The notes under the pieces were generated by a model that had not been told where the DNA came from, ran no database searches, and worked only from the letters and a program-made list of their open reading frames with translations. Below are positions 9,867 through 18,730 of a DNA stretch of 64,000 nucleotides, piece after piece. Every line of letters begins with the position of its first letter. The stretch's first letter is position 1. Origin of the DNA: Trueperaceae bacterium (GTDB lineage Bacteria > Deinococcota > Deinococci > Deinococcales > Trueperaceae); NCBI GenBank assembly GCA_965213925.1, contig OZ243927.1, forward strand, positions 3,744,001 to 3,808,000, written 5' to 3'. The position numbers and the translations under genes were made by a program.

Positions 9867-10538
9867 ATGGCGCTCGTACTCGTGGTGGAGGATGAACCGG
9901 AAATCGCCGAACTCTTAGAGGATTATCTGCGCGGCAGCGGCTACCGCACCGAGCGAGCGAGAGACGGCAAGGAGGCGCTGACGCTTTTCCGGGCGGCTCG
10001 CCCCGACCTCATCTTGCTCGACATCGCCTTGCCGGAATTGGACGGCACCGAAGTCTTGAAGCGGGTGCGCCAGGAGAGCACGGTGCCCGTTATTATGCTG
10101 ACCGCGAAAGCTGAGGAGATCGACAAAATCGTCGGTTTAGAACTCGGCGCGGATGACTATGTGACCAAACCCTTTAGACCGAGAGAGGTCATGGCACGGA
10201 TTAAAGCGGCGCTGCGCCGCGCCCACATGGGCGAGCCGGACAGCGCCCCCTTGCGCGTCGGACCTTTAGAGATCGACCCTATGCAAGCCGTTACAACCGC
10301 GCACGGCGAGCCTCTCACGCTCACCGCTACCGAGTTTCGTCTGCTCCACCACCTCGCCCTACACGAGGGACGCATCTTTGACCGCGCCGAACTCTTAGAG
10401 GCGGTGCTGCCCGAAAGCGACGCTTTGGAGCGCGTCATCGACGTGCATGTTGGCAACTTGCGCAAGAAGCTTTACGCGCATGAGGTCAGCCACATGCTCC
10501 AGACGGTGCGCGGGATGGGCTTTCGGCTAGCAGGATGA
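9867..10538 (+). CDS. OmpR/BaeR-family response regulator
   Basis: Receiver 'VVEDE...LLDIALP...GADDYVTKPF' plus wHTH 'IDVHVGNLRKKL...TVRGMGF'; TACAAT 7 nt before the ATG. Confidence 0.96.
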   Translation: MALVLVVEDEPEIAELLEDYLRGSGYRTERARDGKEALTLFRAARPDLILLDIALPELDGTEVLKRVRQESTVPVIMLTAKAEEIDKIVGLELGADDYVTKPFRPREVMARIKAALRRAHMGEPDSAPLRVGPLEIDPMQAVTTAHGEPLTLTATEFRLLHHLALHEGRIFDRAELLEAVLPESDALERVIDVHVGNLRKKLYAHEVSHMLQTVRGMGFRLAG

Positions 10539-10557
10539 GACGCGAGAGGAACGCAAA

Positions 10558-11772
10558 GTGAAGATATCAGGGTCGAGCCTCAGGGTGCGCATTGCTACAC
10601 TCTGCACGTTCTGTATCGTGCTGACAATGGCATTTACGCTCATTGTACAAGGTCTCTACTTCGAGCGCACTTTAGAACAGTTCAACCCTGCCATGCGCGA
10701 GGTGATGGGAGTTATCGCGCGTTCAGACCGCTCGAGCCTGAGTGATGAAGTCAGGTACAGTTTGCTCCTAGACGCTTTAGAGCGGACCGTAGCGAGCGAA
10801 CAGGAGACGAGGCAGTTCGCCGCCAACCTCAGCGCCATCGAGAGCGACCAGAAGCGCATCCCGCGCCTCGCCGCGCTGCTCAGTTTGCCCATCGCCCTGC
10901 TCATCAGCTTCGTCGCGTCGGGCTTCGTCGTTGGACCCATTCGGCGCGTGTCGGCGGCGGCGGCGCAGATTGCCGGAGGTGACCTTAGCGCTAGGGCGGT
11001 GCTCCCCGATTTTCCCCCTAACGCGGGCGAACTCGAGGGGCTCACGAGGAACTTCAACCGGATGGCGGAGGCTTTAGAAAGGCTCGAGCGCGAGCGCCAA
11101 AGCATGATTGCCAACGCCGCGCATGAACTCCGCACGCCCTTAACCATCCTGCAAGGACAGATCGACGCGATGCGCGAAGGGGTGCGCCCCCTCGACGACG
11201 CTTCGCTCGCACGCTTGGATAGGCAGACGCAGCTTTTAGCGCGGCTCGTGCAGGATTTGCGGACGCTCTCGCTCGCAGAAGCGGGCAGACTCTCGCTCGA
11301 CGTGCGGACACTGGACGCGGCTAGGTTCGCCGAGCGCGTCGGCGCGAGCTTTAGTGAACGGGCGGCAGAAAGGTCAATTCACCTCTCGTTCGTGTCGGAA
11401 TTACCCGGACCGTCCGCAGAGGCGGGCGTCACAGCGGACCCAGACAGGCTCGAGCAAATCCTCTCCAACTTGCTTAGCAACGCGCTCCAGCACACGCCCG
11501 CCGGGGGTAAGGTCACGCTCAGCGTTGCACGCTGCCAAGCGCAAATCGCGTTTACCGTCGAGGATACTGGGCCGGGGCTAACGAGTGAGGTCTTAGCGCG
11601 CGTCTTCGACCGCTACTACCGGGCGAGTGGCGGCGTCGCCAGCGGGAGCGGGCTGGGGCTGGCTATCTCGAGCGCTTTAGTCGCGCTTCATGGAGGAAGC
11701 GTCGAGGTGGAGAACGCCGCTGGGGGCGGGGCGGTGTTCCGGGTTCTCTTGCCGAGTGTGCCATCCGCTTAG
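10558..11772 (+). CDS. Sensor histidine kinase (BaeS-like, HAMP)
   Basis: Two TM segments, HAMP, H-box 'AHELRTPL', 'NLLSNALQH', 'DTGPG', 'GSGLGLAI'. Confidence 0.96.
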   Translation: MKISGSSLRVRIATLCTFCIVLTMAFTLIVQGLYFERTLEQFNPAMREVMGVIARSDRSSLSDEVRYSLLLDALERTVASEQETRQFAANLSAIESDQKRIPRLAALLSLPIALLISFVASGFVVGPIRRVSAAAAQIAGGDLSARAVLPDFPPNAGELEGLTRNFNRMAEALERLERERQSMIANAAHELRTPLTILQGQIDAMREGVRPLDDASLARLDRQTQLLARLVQDLRTLSLAEAGRLSLDVRTLDAARFAERVGASFSERAAERSIHLSFVSELPGPSAEAGVTADPDRLEQILSNLLSNALQHTPAGGKVTLSVARCQAQIAFTVEDTGPGLTSEVLARVFDRYYRASGGVASGSGLGLAISSALVALHGGSVEVENAAGGGAVFRVLLPSVPSA

Positions 11773-11787
11773 ACCAGCCTCGGGTCC

Positions 11788-12903
11788 TTAGTCCACGGGC
11801 ACGGAAATCTGCCACACGGGAACGAAGGAGTAGCGGAGGTTGCTCATCTCCGGCACGACGCTATTGTAGTCGTAGAGGACGCTAAAGCCTAGGGTCGGCG
11901 TCCAATCACCGAAATTTGCGCCGCCCAGCCTCAGCGCAGCGCTGAGCCCCACCGTCGCCCTACGCCCGCGCTCAAAGTCGGGCGTGAAGTAGCGGCTATC
12001 GATGCGCTCGGTCACCGCGAACGCTTGCAGGGCGAGGGGAGCGGCGTCGTAGGTCAGACCTTGAAGGAGCCCCGCCGAACGCTCGAGGGTAGTGACCTCC
12101 ATACTCGGTCCGACGAAGTAACTGAGCGACCCTAAGCGACCCTCGAGCAGCGCACTCCCGCCTAAACCGCCGTAGAAGGTCGCCTCGCCGACCGCGTCGA
12201 AGTCGGGCGAGCCGATGACGCCGTGCCACATGTTTTGCAGCGGACCGCCGATCTCTTCCGGCGCGTCGACGCCGGTCTGCACCTGAGCGCTGAGCCGCGC
12301 GCTCAGCCCCGCACCGAGCGGGACGCGGCGCACGAGTTGGTGCTCCAAGTAGAGCGGATAGTGGTACGTCCCCGGCGACTCACAGCAGCGTTCTTCTCCC
12401 TCCGGAGAGAGATAAAACACCTGCTTAGGCGTCACCATCTCGAACTTGATCGCCGTATTGAGCGCGGACGCACCTCCGAGCGGGCGCGTGTAGAGCAGCT
12501 CGAGAAACTGGCTCAGCCCCTTATCTGAGAACATTATGTCATTTTCGGCGAGCGAGATTTTGAAGCGGCGGCGCTTAAAGGGCGTATTCGCCCCTTGCAA
12601 CGCGGCGTTCACGCCCGTCCCTGGCGGCGTCACCTCGGGCTGCACAAGAAGACCGTCAAGAGGCTCGGGAGTAAAGCGAGGCATCTTCTCCGACGCTTCC
12701 AGACTATTTTGCGTTGATGCCACCGACTGAACGTCTTCTTCCGGCGAAGCCGCGCCCCACGACACTACGCATATCAGCACGTACGTTAGCAAGATGCGCG
12801 ACAGGGTGACGCCGCTCAAGGTCGCGCGAGGAAACAGAACGCGCCGCGCCCGTTTCATCTTCTGAACGCGGGGACACTCATCACGTTGCGCCGCAACTTT
12901 CAT
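11788..12903 (-). CDS. Outer-membrane beta-barrel protein, LpxR (lipid A 3'-O-deacylase)/DUF2219-like; start uncertain
   Basis: Hydrophobic signal-like segment; LpxR-type motifs in order: 'ISLAEND', 'EMVTP', 'GVDAPEEIGGPLQNMWHGVIG'. Confidence 0.6.
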   Translation of the reverse strand: MKVAAQRDECPRVQKMKRARRVLFPRATLSGVTLSRILLTYVLICVVSWGAASPEEDVQSVASTQNSLEASEKMPRFTPEPLDGLLVQPEVTPPGTGVNAALQGANTPFKRRRFKISLAENDIMFSDKGLSQFLELLYTRPLGGASALNTAIKFEMVTPKQVFYLSPEGEERCCESPGTYHYPLYLEHQLVRRVPLGAGLSARLSAQVQTGVDAPEEIGGPLQNMWHGVIGSPDFDAVGEATFYGGLGGSALLEGRLGSLSYFVGPSMEVTTLERSAGLLQGLTYDAAPLALQAFAVTERIDSRYFTPDFERGRRATVGLSAALRLGGANFGDWTPTLGFSVLYDYNSVVPEMSNLRYSFVPVWQISVPVD

Positions 12904-13099
12904 GCTTTCAGGATGAGCGCCGACTCTATAGATGCGGCTAAAGGTTCGTCAAGATTCGCACAAGAGGTGTGGCGGCACCGTTCCGGCGAACCTTCGCGGC
13001 GCCTCGAGGCTTGCAAGAAGCGCTTAGAATGTCGCGGCGGGGTTTGAGGCGCAGCGCGCAGCTACACGGCGCAGGGTTTCACGTGCTACAATCATCTCT

Positions 13100-13574
13100 T
13101 GCGGTGAGAGGAACCTGGTCGCGGCCTTGCCGGGCAACTGGCTTGGCTGAGGAAAGTCCGGGCTCCGCAGGGCAGGGTGCCAGGTAACGCCTGGGCGTGT
13201 AAGGCGACGGCAAGTGCAGCAGAAAGGAAACAGCTTGGAGGTATCATCTTCGAACAGACGCAACGGGCGTCATTAGCGTGACAAGCCAGCGTCGTAGTAG
13301 GTGATGATACCTCCAAGCTACGTTGAAACGGTGCGGTAAGAGCGCACCAGTGCCCTTGGCAACAAGGGCAGCTAGGTAAACCCCACCCGGTGCAAGGTCC
13401 GATAGGGAGAAAGAGCTTGCCCGGCTCGCTAACATCTCCGGGTTGACCGCTCGAGGCGCTTGGCGACAAGCGTCCCAGATAGATGACCAGGCAGCTCCGC
13501 GAGGTTCATCTCAGAGCGATGCTCTATAGATGCGACTAGGAGTGAACAGGACCCGGCTTATCACCTCTCCCGCA
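13100..13574 (+). ncRNA. rnpB: RNase P RNA (type A) with enlarged P12 and 3' helix
   Basis: GAGGAAAGTCCGGGCTC, AGTGCAGCAGAAA, GGTAAGAGCGCAC, GGTAAACCCC, AGATAGATG, ACAGGACCCGGCTTA; P1 GCGGTGAGAGG/CCTCTCCCGC; TACAAT -10 at 13087. Confidence 0.97.
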
Positions 13575-13584
13575 CTATCTTTTT

Positions 13585-13618
13585 AGACAGGCGCTACACT
13601 GCGCCTGTCTTTCTTTTT
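13585..13618 (+). terminator. rnpB intrinsic terminator
   Basis: AGACAGGCGC/GCGCCTGTCT stem followed by TTCTTTTT. Confidence 0.9.
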
Positions 13619-13897
13619 GAGGTCCTTCTAAAAGTTGACCGAACAATGTAAAAAATTTTACATCGGCTTAGGTCTTGGTTGTGTGAGTCGGTATTCTCGC
13701 ACCGAGGGGTCGCGGTGGGTGGAACGGGGGGAGCGGGTGGGGAAGAGCCAACTTAGAGCCGACTACGTTCCAGAGAAACCCCGTGCTAGACTATAAAAAG
13801 CTACCTTTTCACGGCGCACTACCCCCTTCCCACTCGCGCTGCCCGAAGCTTCCAAGTGGAGCGCAGGTGGGAGAAAAACTAGAAAACAGGCGCAACA

Positions 13898-13948
13898 GTG
13901 GGTGAGAGGTGGGGACTTGTGGGAATTTGTGGAGAAGTGTGTTACACT
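13898..13948 (+). promoter_or_regulatory. MraZ-binding repeats and dcw promoter
   Basis: GTGGG/GTGGA boxes at 13898, 13909, 13919 and 13929 (10-11 bp period); extended -10 TGnTACACT at 13940-13948. Confidence 0.85.
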
Positions 13949-14038
13949 TCACTCCATAGGCTAAGTCCCTGCGTCACACTCTTTTGACGGTTTGACGCTG
14001 AACCTGGACTCTGCACTTAGGTGGGAGTGTCGTGGAAG

Positions 14039-14467
14039 ATGCCGTTTGGCGAATTTCAATACTCGGTAGACGACAAAGGTCGGGTCATCGTCCCACCTTC
14101 CTTTCGCGACTTCGTCACCGACGGCATGATCGTAACGCGCGGCATGGAAGGTTGCTTGTACGTCTTCCCGCTCACCAAATGGAACGCCATCGAGAGCGAG
14201 CTGAGCAACCTCTCCATCACCGACGCAAAATCAAGAGGCTTCGTGCGCTTTTTCTACTCGGGGGCGTCCAAAGCCAAAATCGACTCGGCGGGGCGCATCA
14301 CGATTCCCGCTACGCTCCGAAGTTTCGCCTCGCTGGAAAACAACGTCCGCATCGCGGGTTTTCCCAACCGCTTAGAGATTTGGGACGAAGCGAAGTGGGA
14401 AGAGAACATCAGCGCCGTGCAGAACCAACCCGACGCCCCAGAAGCGCTGTTGGAACTCGTCGGATGA
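14039..14467 (+). CDS. mraZ: Transcriptional regulator MraZ
   Basis: 'GEFQYSVDDKGRVIVP', 'DSAGRITIP', 'RLEIWD'. Confidence 0.97.
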   Translation: MPFGEFQYSVDDKGRVIVPPSFRDFVTDGMIVTRGMEGCLYVFPLTKWNAIESELSNLSITDAKSRGFVRFFYSGASKAKIDSAGRITIPATLRSFASLENNVRIAGFPNRLEIWDEAKWEENISAVQNQPDAPEALLELVG

Positions 14468-15423
14468 GCGACGCACAACCGAATCAGCCCCACATCCCTG
14501 TCATGTTACGCGAGTGTTTAGAAGGTTTAGATATCCGCAGAGGTCACGTCTATATCGACGGAACCTTCGGCGCGGGCGGGCACAGCCAAGCGATTTTAGA
14601 CGCGGGCGGCTCGGTTTTAGGGATTGATAGAGACGAGAAAGCCCTGACCTTCGCCAATCAACTGAACGTCCCCGAGGCACAAACCTTCACCTTCGCACGC
14701 GGCAATTTTCGCAACCTGGACGAGCACGCAAAAGAGGCCGACCTCTTCCCCGTTTCGGGTATCCTGCTCGACCTAGGCGTGTCCTCGATGCAACTCGACG
14801 AGGCGGAGCGCGGCTTCGCGTTTCGGCAGGCTGGACCGCTTGACATGCGTATGGGCGGTGACGGTGAATCGGCGGCGGACGTGGTGAATACCTATCCGCA
14901 AGACGAGCTAGCTGCCATCATTTTCAAGTACGGCGAAGAGCGGCATAGTCGGCGCATCGCAAGGCGCATCGTTGAGACTAGGGACGCCAACCCCATCCAA
15001 ACGACACAAGCTTTAGCGGACGTCATCCAGCGTGCCTACCCTGGCGGCGGTTACAGACGTGACCACCCGGCGCGGCGCACCTTTCAAGCCTTGCGCATCT
15101 TCGTCAATGACGAACTCGGCGCGTTAGAGGACGCGCTCTTTGCTGCCGAGCGGACGCTCGCCCCAGGTGGGCGGCTGGTGGTGCTCTCCTATCATTCTTT
15201 AGAAGACCGCATCGTCAAACACTTCGTCAGGGGGAGCGGCGTACTCACACCGCTGACCAAACGCCCGTTGACGGCGAGTGACGAGGAGATAGAGGCGAAT
15301 CCCAGGGCTAGGAGTGCCAAACTCCGCGTCGCCGTTCGTAACGAAGATGCAACTAAAGACTTGCGCAGAGATTCAACCGATGAAAGTAAAGACCTCTCCC
15401 CTACCCCTTCGGAGATTTTATGA
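14464..15423 (+). CDS. rsmH: 16S rRNA m4C1402 methyltransferase
   Basis: 'HIPVML', 'DGTFGAGGHS', 'DLGVSSMQLD', 'SYHSLEDRIVK', 'NPRARSAKLR'. Confidence 0.97.
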   Translation: MSDAQPNQPHIPVMLRECLEGLDIRRGHVYIDGTFGAGGHSQAILDAGGSVLGIDRDEKALTFANQLNVPEAQTFTFARGNFRNLDEHAKEADLFPVSGILLDLGVSSMQLDEAERGFAFRQAGPLDMRMGGDGESAADVVNTYPQDELAAIIFKYGEERHSRRIARRIVETRDANPIQTTQALADVIQRAYPGGGYRRDHPARRTFQALRIFVNDELGALEDALFAAERTLAPGGRLVVLSYHSLEDRIVKHFVRGSGVLTPLTKRPLTASDEEIEANPRARSAKLRVAVRNEDATKDLRRDSTDESKDLSPTPSEIL

Positions 15424-15740
15424 CCAAACGGAGCCAAAGCTTACTCACGCTCTACCTCGCGCTCATCCTCGCGCTCGCCGCGCTGGGCGCGTACAACCAG
15501 GACCGCCACCGCTTACACTATTCGCTTTTAGAGACCAAACGCGCCCTTCAGTACGAACTGAGCGACTTGCGCAGCGAAGCCGCGCAGGTGCAAGGACCCT
15601 TGGCAGTGCGCCGCTGGGCGCTCTCACACGGCATGATCTCGTCGCCCGAAGGCGCGGAAGCGACTGAAATTGCGCCCGCGCCCGTTCCCGAACCCGACTC
15701 CCCCGAAGAAGGCTTGGAGGTCCGTACGATATGGCGGTAA
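15420..15740 (+). CDS. FtsL-like cell division protein
   Basis: Single TM plus coiled coil, located between rsmH and ftsI. Confidence 0.65.
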   Translation: MTKRSQSLLTLYLALILALAALGAYNQDRHRLHYSLLETKRALQYELSDLRSEAAQVQGPLAVRRWALSHGMISSPEGAEATEIAPAPVPEPDSPEEGLEVRTIWR

Positions 15741-17230
15741 GAGACACGCGGACGCGGCTGTCGTCAAAAGGTCAAACGCAACCGAAAAACCCTCGTAAGG
15801 ATAAAAAGGTTGCCGCTTACAAGAAGCAGCCGGAAGACCCCGCGCCGCAGCTTCGCCTCCACAAGCGTGCGCTCTTTCTCGTCCTGCTCGCGCTCCCTCT
15901 CCTACTAGCCTTGGGCGGCTTCGTCCGTTTGCAAGCCAAAGCGCCCGATTTGCCCGCCGCGCTCACTGAGGAGCCGAGGCGCGGGCTCATTCAAACGAGA
16001 GACGGGACGATCCTCGCTGAGGGCGCAGTCGAACACCGCCGCTACCCCGAAGGGCGGCTCGCCGCGCACGTCGTCGGCTTTAGCGGCGCGGTGCAGCCCG
16101 ACGGACGTTACGGGTTGGAGGGGCTCGAGTACGCCCTCGACGCCCGCTTGCAAGCGGGCGAAGACGTCACGCTGACCTTGGAGCCGAGCCTTCAAGCCAT
16201 CGCCCAAGCCGAACTCCGCAAAGCGGCGCGGACCTTTGGGGCGGAGAACGGCGCGCTGGTGATGCTCGAGGCGAAGACAGGGCGCGTCCTAGCTGCCGCC
16301 TCCTACCCCGAATTCGATCCTAAAAGACAAGGTCAGGTCGAAGAGCGCGGCATCATCAGCAACCGCGCCTTTTTGCAGCAGGTCGAGCCGGGCTCGACGA
16401 TGAAGCCTTTTATCGTCGCGGCGCTCATGGAAGCGGGACGGCTCGAGGCGGACGAAACGCTGGAGGTCGGACCTTACATGCGCGTCGGCACCCAGGACTT
16501 CCGCGACGTGTCTTCGCACGACCCGGTTTTGAACATCCCCGATATCTTACGAGTCTCAAGTAACGTCGGCATGATCAAACTCGGGGAGCGCTTCTCCTCG
16601 GAGGAGTTGTCCTCCTGGATGTACCACTTCGGCTTTGGGCGCGACGTCGGCTTGAAGACGGCGTACACCCGTGACGGACGCATCAACCCGTGGCAGAACT
16701 GGGTGCCGCAAGACCACGCCTCGGCGACCATCGGGCAGAGCGTCTCGACGACGGCCCTACAACTCGCCGCCGCCTACAGCATCTTCGCAAACGACGGCGT
16801 CTTTGTCCCGCCGCAGCTTTTAGAGGACGAAGTCACCTTCGAAGAGGTCGAAGGCGAACCCGTGCGCACGGGCGCGGTGCGGGTGATTTCCTCGAGCACC
16901 GCGCAAAGCGTCAAAGACATGCTCGTCTACACGGTGGAGAATAGCGGGCTCAGCGTCGCTAAGATTCCCGGCGTTAAAGTGGCGGGCAAGTCGGGCACGG
17001 CGGACGTCTTCGACAACGAAAAAGGCGAGTACATCAAAGCGGGAACGCTCCTCTTCGCGGGGATGTTCCCAGCGGATAACCCTCGCGTGACCACCGTTGT
17101 GTACTTGCAAAAACCCAAAGAAGAGAGTCTCAGCACCTACGTCGCCGCGCCCGTCTTTCGGGCAGTCGGCAGCGAGACCGTCGCCCTTTGGGGGCTGCCG
17201 CCAAAACCCGGTCAGGTCGCGGGGCAATAG
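15731..17230 (+). CDS. ftsI: Class B penicillin-binding protein (FtsI)
   Basis: SxxK 'PGSTMKP', SxN 'SSNVG', KSG 'AGKSGTA'; N-terminal TM. Confidence 0.92.
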   Translation: MAVRDTRTRLSSKGQTQPKNPRKDKKVAAYKKQPEDPAPQLRLHKRALFLVLLALPLLLALGGFVRLQAKAPDLPAALTEEPRRGLIQTRDGTILAEGAVEHRRYPEGRLAAHVVGFSGAVQPDGRYGLEGLEYALDARLQAGEDVTLTLEPSLQAIAQAELRKAARTFGAENGALVMLEAKTGRVLAAASYPEFDPKRQGQVEERGIISNRAFLQQVEPGSTMKPFIVAALMEAGRLEADETLEVGPYMRVGTQDFRDVSSHDPVLNIPDILRVSSNVGMIKLGERFSSEELSSWMYHFGFGRDVGLKTAYTRDGRINPWQNWVPQDHASATIGQSVSTTALQLAAAYSIFANDGVFVPPQLLEDEVTFEEVEGEPVRTGAVRVISSSTAQSVKDMLVYTVENSGLSVAKIPGVKVAGKSGTADVFDNEKGEYIKAGTLLFAGMFPADNPRVTTVVYLQKPKEESLSTYVAAPVFRAVGSETVALWGLPPKPGQVAGQ

Positions 17231-17276
17231 AGGTATAGTGTCCTCTATGGGTCAGAACGTGATACAGCATACGAAC

Positions 17277-17354
17277 AGCAGGTATCATCTGGTCAAATAC
17301 GCTCTTAGTTTAGAAGGGCTTGATCAGAACGCACGTTCGGAGATGATGCTTGCG
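17277..17354 (+). repeat. MITE-like repeat family A, copy 2 (core hairpin only)
   Basis: AGCAGGTATCATCTGGTCA...CGCACGTTCGGAGATGATGCTTGCG. Confidence 0.8.
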
Positions 17355-17392
17355 GAGAAGCACTGCGGTAATAAGGGAGGGAACGCCGCGCT

Positions 17393-18730
17393 GTGACGAC
17401 GTTATCGCCCCAATTCGTCGCGGACCTAGCAGGCGTGTCGCTCTCTAAGTCCCTACAGGACGCGCGCGGCGTGAGCTTTCACTCAGCGCGGGTTCGCCCC
17501 GGCGACGCCTTCTTCGCCCTTCCCGGCGCGGCGGGGCACGGGCTGCACTACGCCGAGCAAGCGTTGGGGGCGGGCGCGGCGTTCATCGTTTCGGACAAAC
17601 CCCACCCGCGCGGTATGCAAGTCGAGAACCCCGCGCAAGTCCTCATAGATTTAGGCAAATACGCGAGAGGTCAGCTTCACGGTGCGGTCGTCGGCGTGAC
17701 GGGTTCGGCAGGCAAGACGAGCACCAAAGCGATGCTCGCGGCGGCACTCCGTGCGGCGGTGAGCCCCGGAAATTTCAATACACCGCTCGCCCTAGCACAA
17801 GTTCTTGTAGACGCCTGGCTAGGGGAGAAAACCTCAGAGGACGACGTTCTCGTGCTCGAGCTAGGCATCGACCATGTCGGCGAGATGGACGAACTCGTCG
17901 CGCTGACCAGACCCACGCACGCGGTTCTCACGCTTATCGCAGAGAGTCATCTGAGCGCTCTAGGCGACGTCGAAACTGTCGCGAGAGAGAAACTCAAGCT
18001 CGTGGGCGCGGCTGAATACGCTTTCGTCAGCGAGCAAGCCGCCCCTTTCATGAACGAGGAGCAAGGCGAGAAAAGCACCGTCTATGGTCTCGGCACCAAT
18101 ACGAATATCTGGGGGGCAGACCTCTCGGGTGTCGTCACGGATATGTCGCCAAGAGGTCAGCGGCTTCAAGTCGGCGGCGTGACCATCACCCTCCCCTATT
18201 TAGGCGACGCGATGGCGCGAAACGCGGTGGCGGCGGTCCATTTAGCACGGCACTTCGGGCTCGACTTGAATGAAGTCGCCGAGAGGTTGAGCGGGGTGAG
18301 GCTCGAGCCCGGACGTTTAGAGGTCAAACAGAGCGGCGACCTGACCATCATCGACGACTCGTACAACAGCAACCCCGCATCGGCGGCGGCGGCTCTGGAG
18401 GTCCTGCGTCAGTTTCCGAGACCGCACACCGCCGTTTTAGGCGACATGCTAGAACTCGGTGAGGTATCTGAAGCGCGTCACCGTGACTTGGGAAAGCGGA
18501 CGTTGGACTTGGGGCGCGTCTTCGCCATCGGAGACGAAGCGCGGTTTATCGCGGCAGAGAACCCGCAAGCGGCTCACCTCGCTTCGGCTGACCTCTTGAA
18601 CGTGACCGAACAGCTTCCCCCTCACGGGACGGTGTTGGTAAAGGGCTCGAGGGGGATGCGGCTCGAGCGGCTCGTTCAGGCGCTCGAAACAAAGAACGAA
18701 GAGGTCCGACAAGAGGTTGCAGCAAAGTGA
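17393..18730 (+). CDS. murF: UDP-MurNAc-tripeptide D-Ala-D-Ala ligase
   Basis: 'VTGSAGKTSTK', 'GNFNT', 'DDSYNSNP', 'GDMLELG', 'KGSRG'. Confidence 0.96.
   Translation: MTTLSPQFVADLAGVSLSKSLQDARGVSFHSARVRPGDAFFALPGAAGHGLHYAEQALGAGAAFIVSDKPHPRGMQVENPAQVLIDLGKYARGQLHGAVVGVTGSAGKTSTKAMLAAALRAAVSPGNFNTPLALAQVLVDAWLGEKTSEDDVLVLELGIDHVGEMDELVALTRPTHAVLTLIAESHLSALGDVETVAREKLKLVGAAEYAFVSEQAAPFMNEEQGEKSTVYGLGTNTNIWGADLSGVVTDMSPRGQRLQVGGVTITLPYLGDAMARNAVAAVHLARHFGLDLNEVAERLSGVRLEPGRLEVKQSGDLTIIDDSYNSNPASAAAALEVLRQFPRPHTAVLGDMLELGEVSEARHRDLGKRTLDLGRVFAIGDEARFIAAENPQAAHLASADLLNVTEQLPPHGTVLVKGSRGMRLERLVQALETKNEEVRQEVAAK

Noticed and set aside
12969..13469. Short ORFs over the rnpB region
   Set aside because: They overlap a clear RNase P RNA and show no protein motifs.
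14032..14463. N-terminal extension of the rsmH ORF (likewise murD from 19413 and ftsQ from 25389)
   Set aside because: Open frames overlapping the upstream genes; homology starts at the coupled start codons.
17231..17392. murE missing between ftsI and murF, with a MITE in its place
   Set aside because: No murE remnant is visible, and dcw clusters lacking murE/ddl are expected in this lineage; there is no evidence of MITE-caused deletion.
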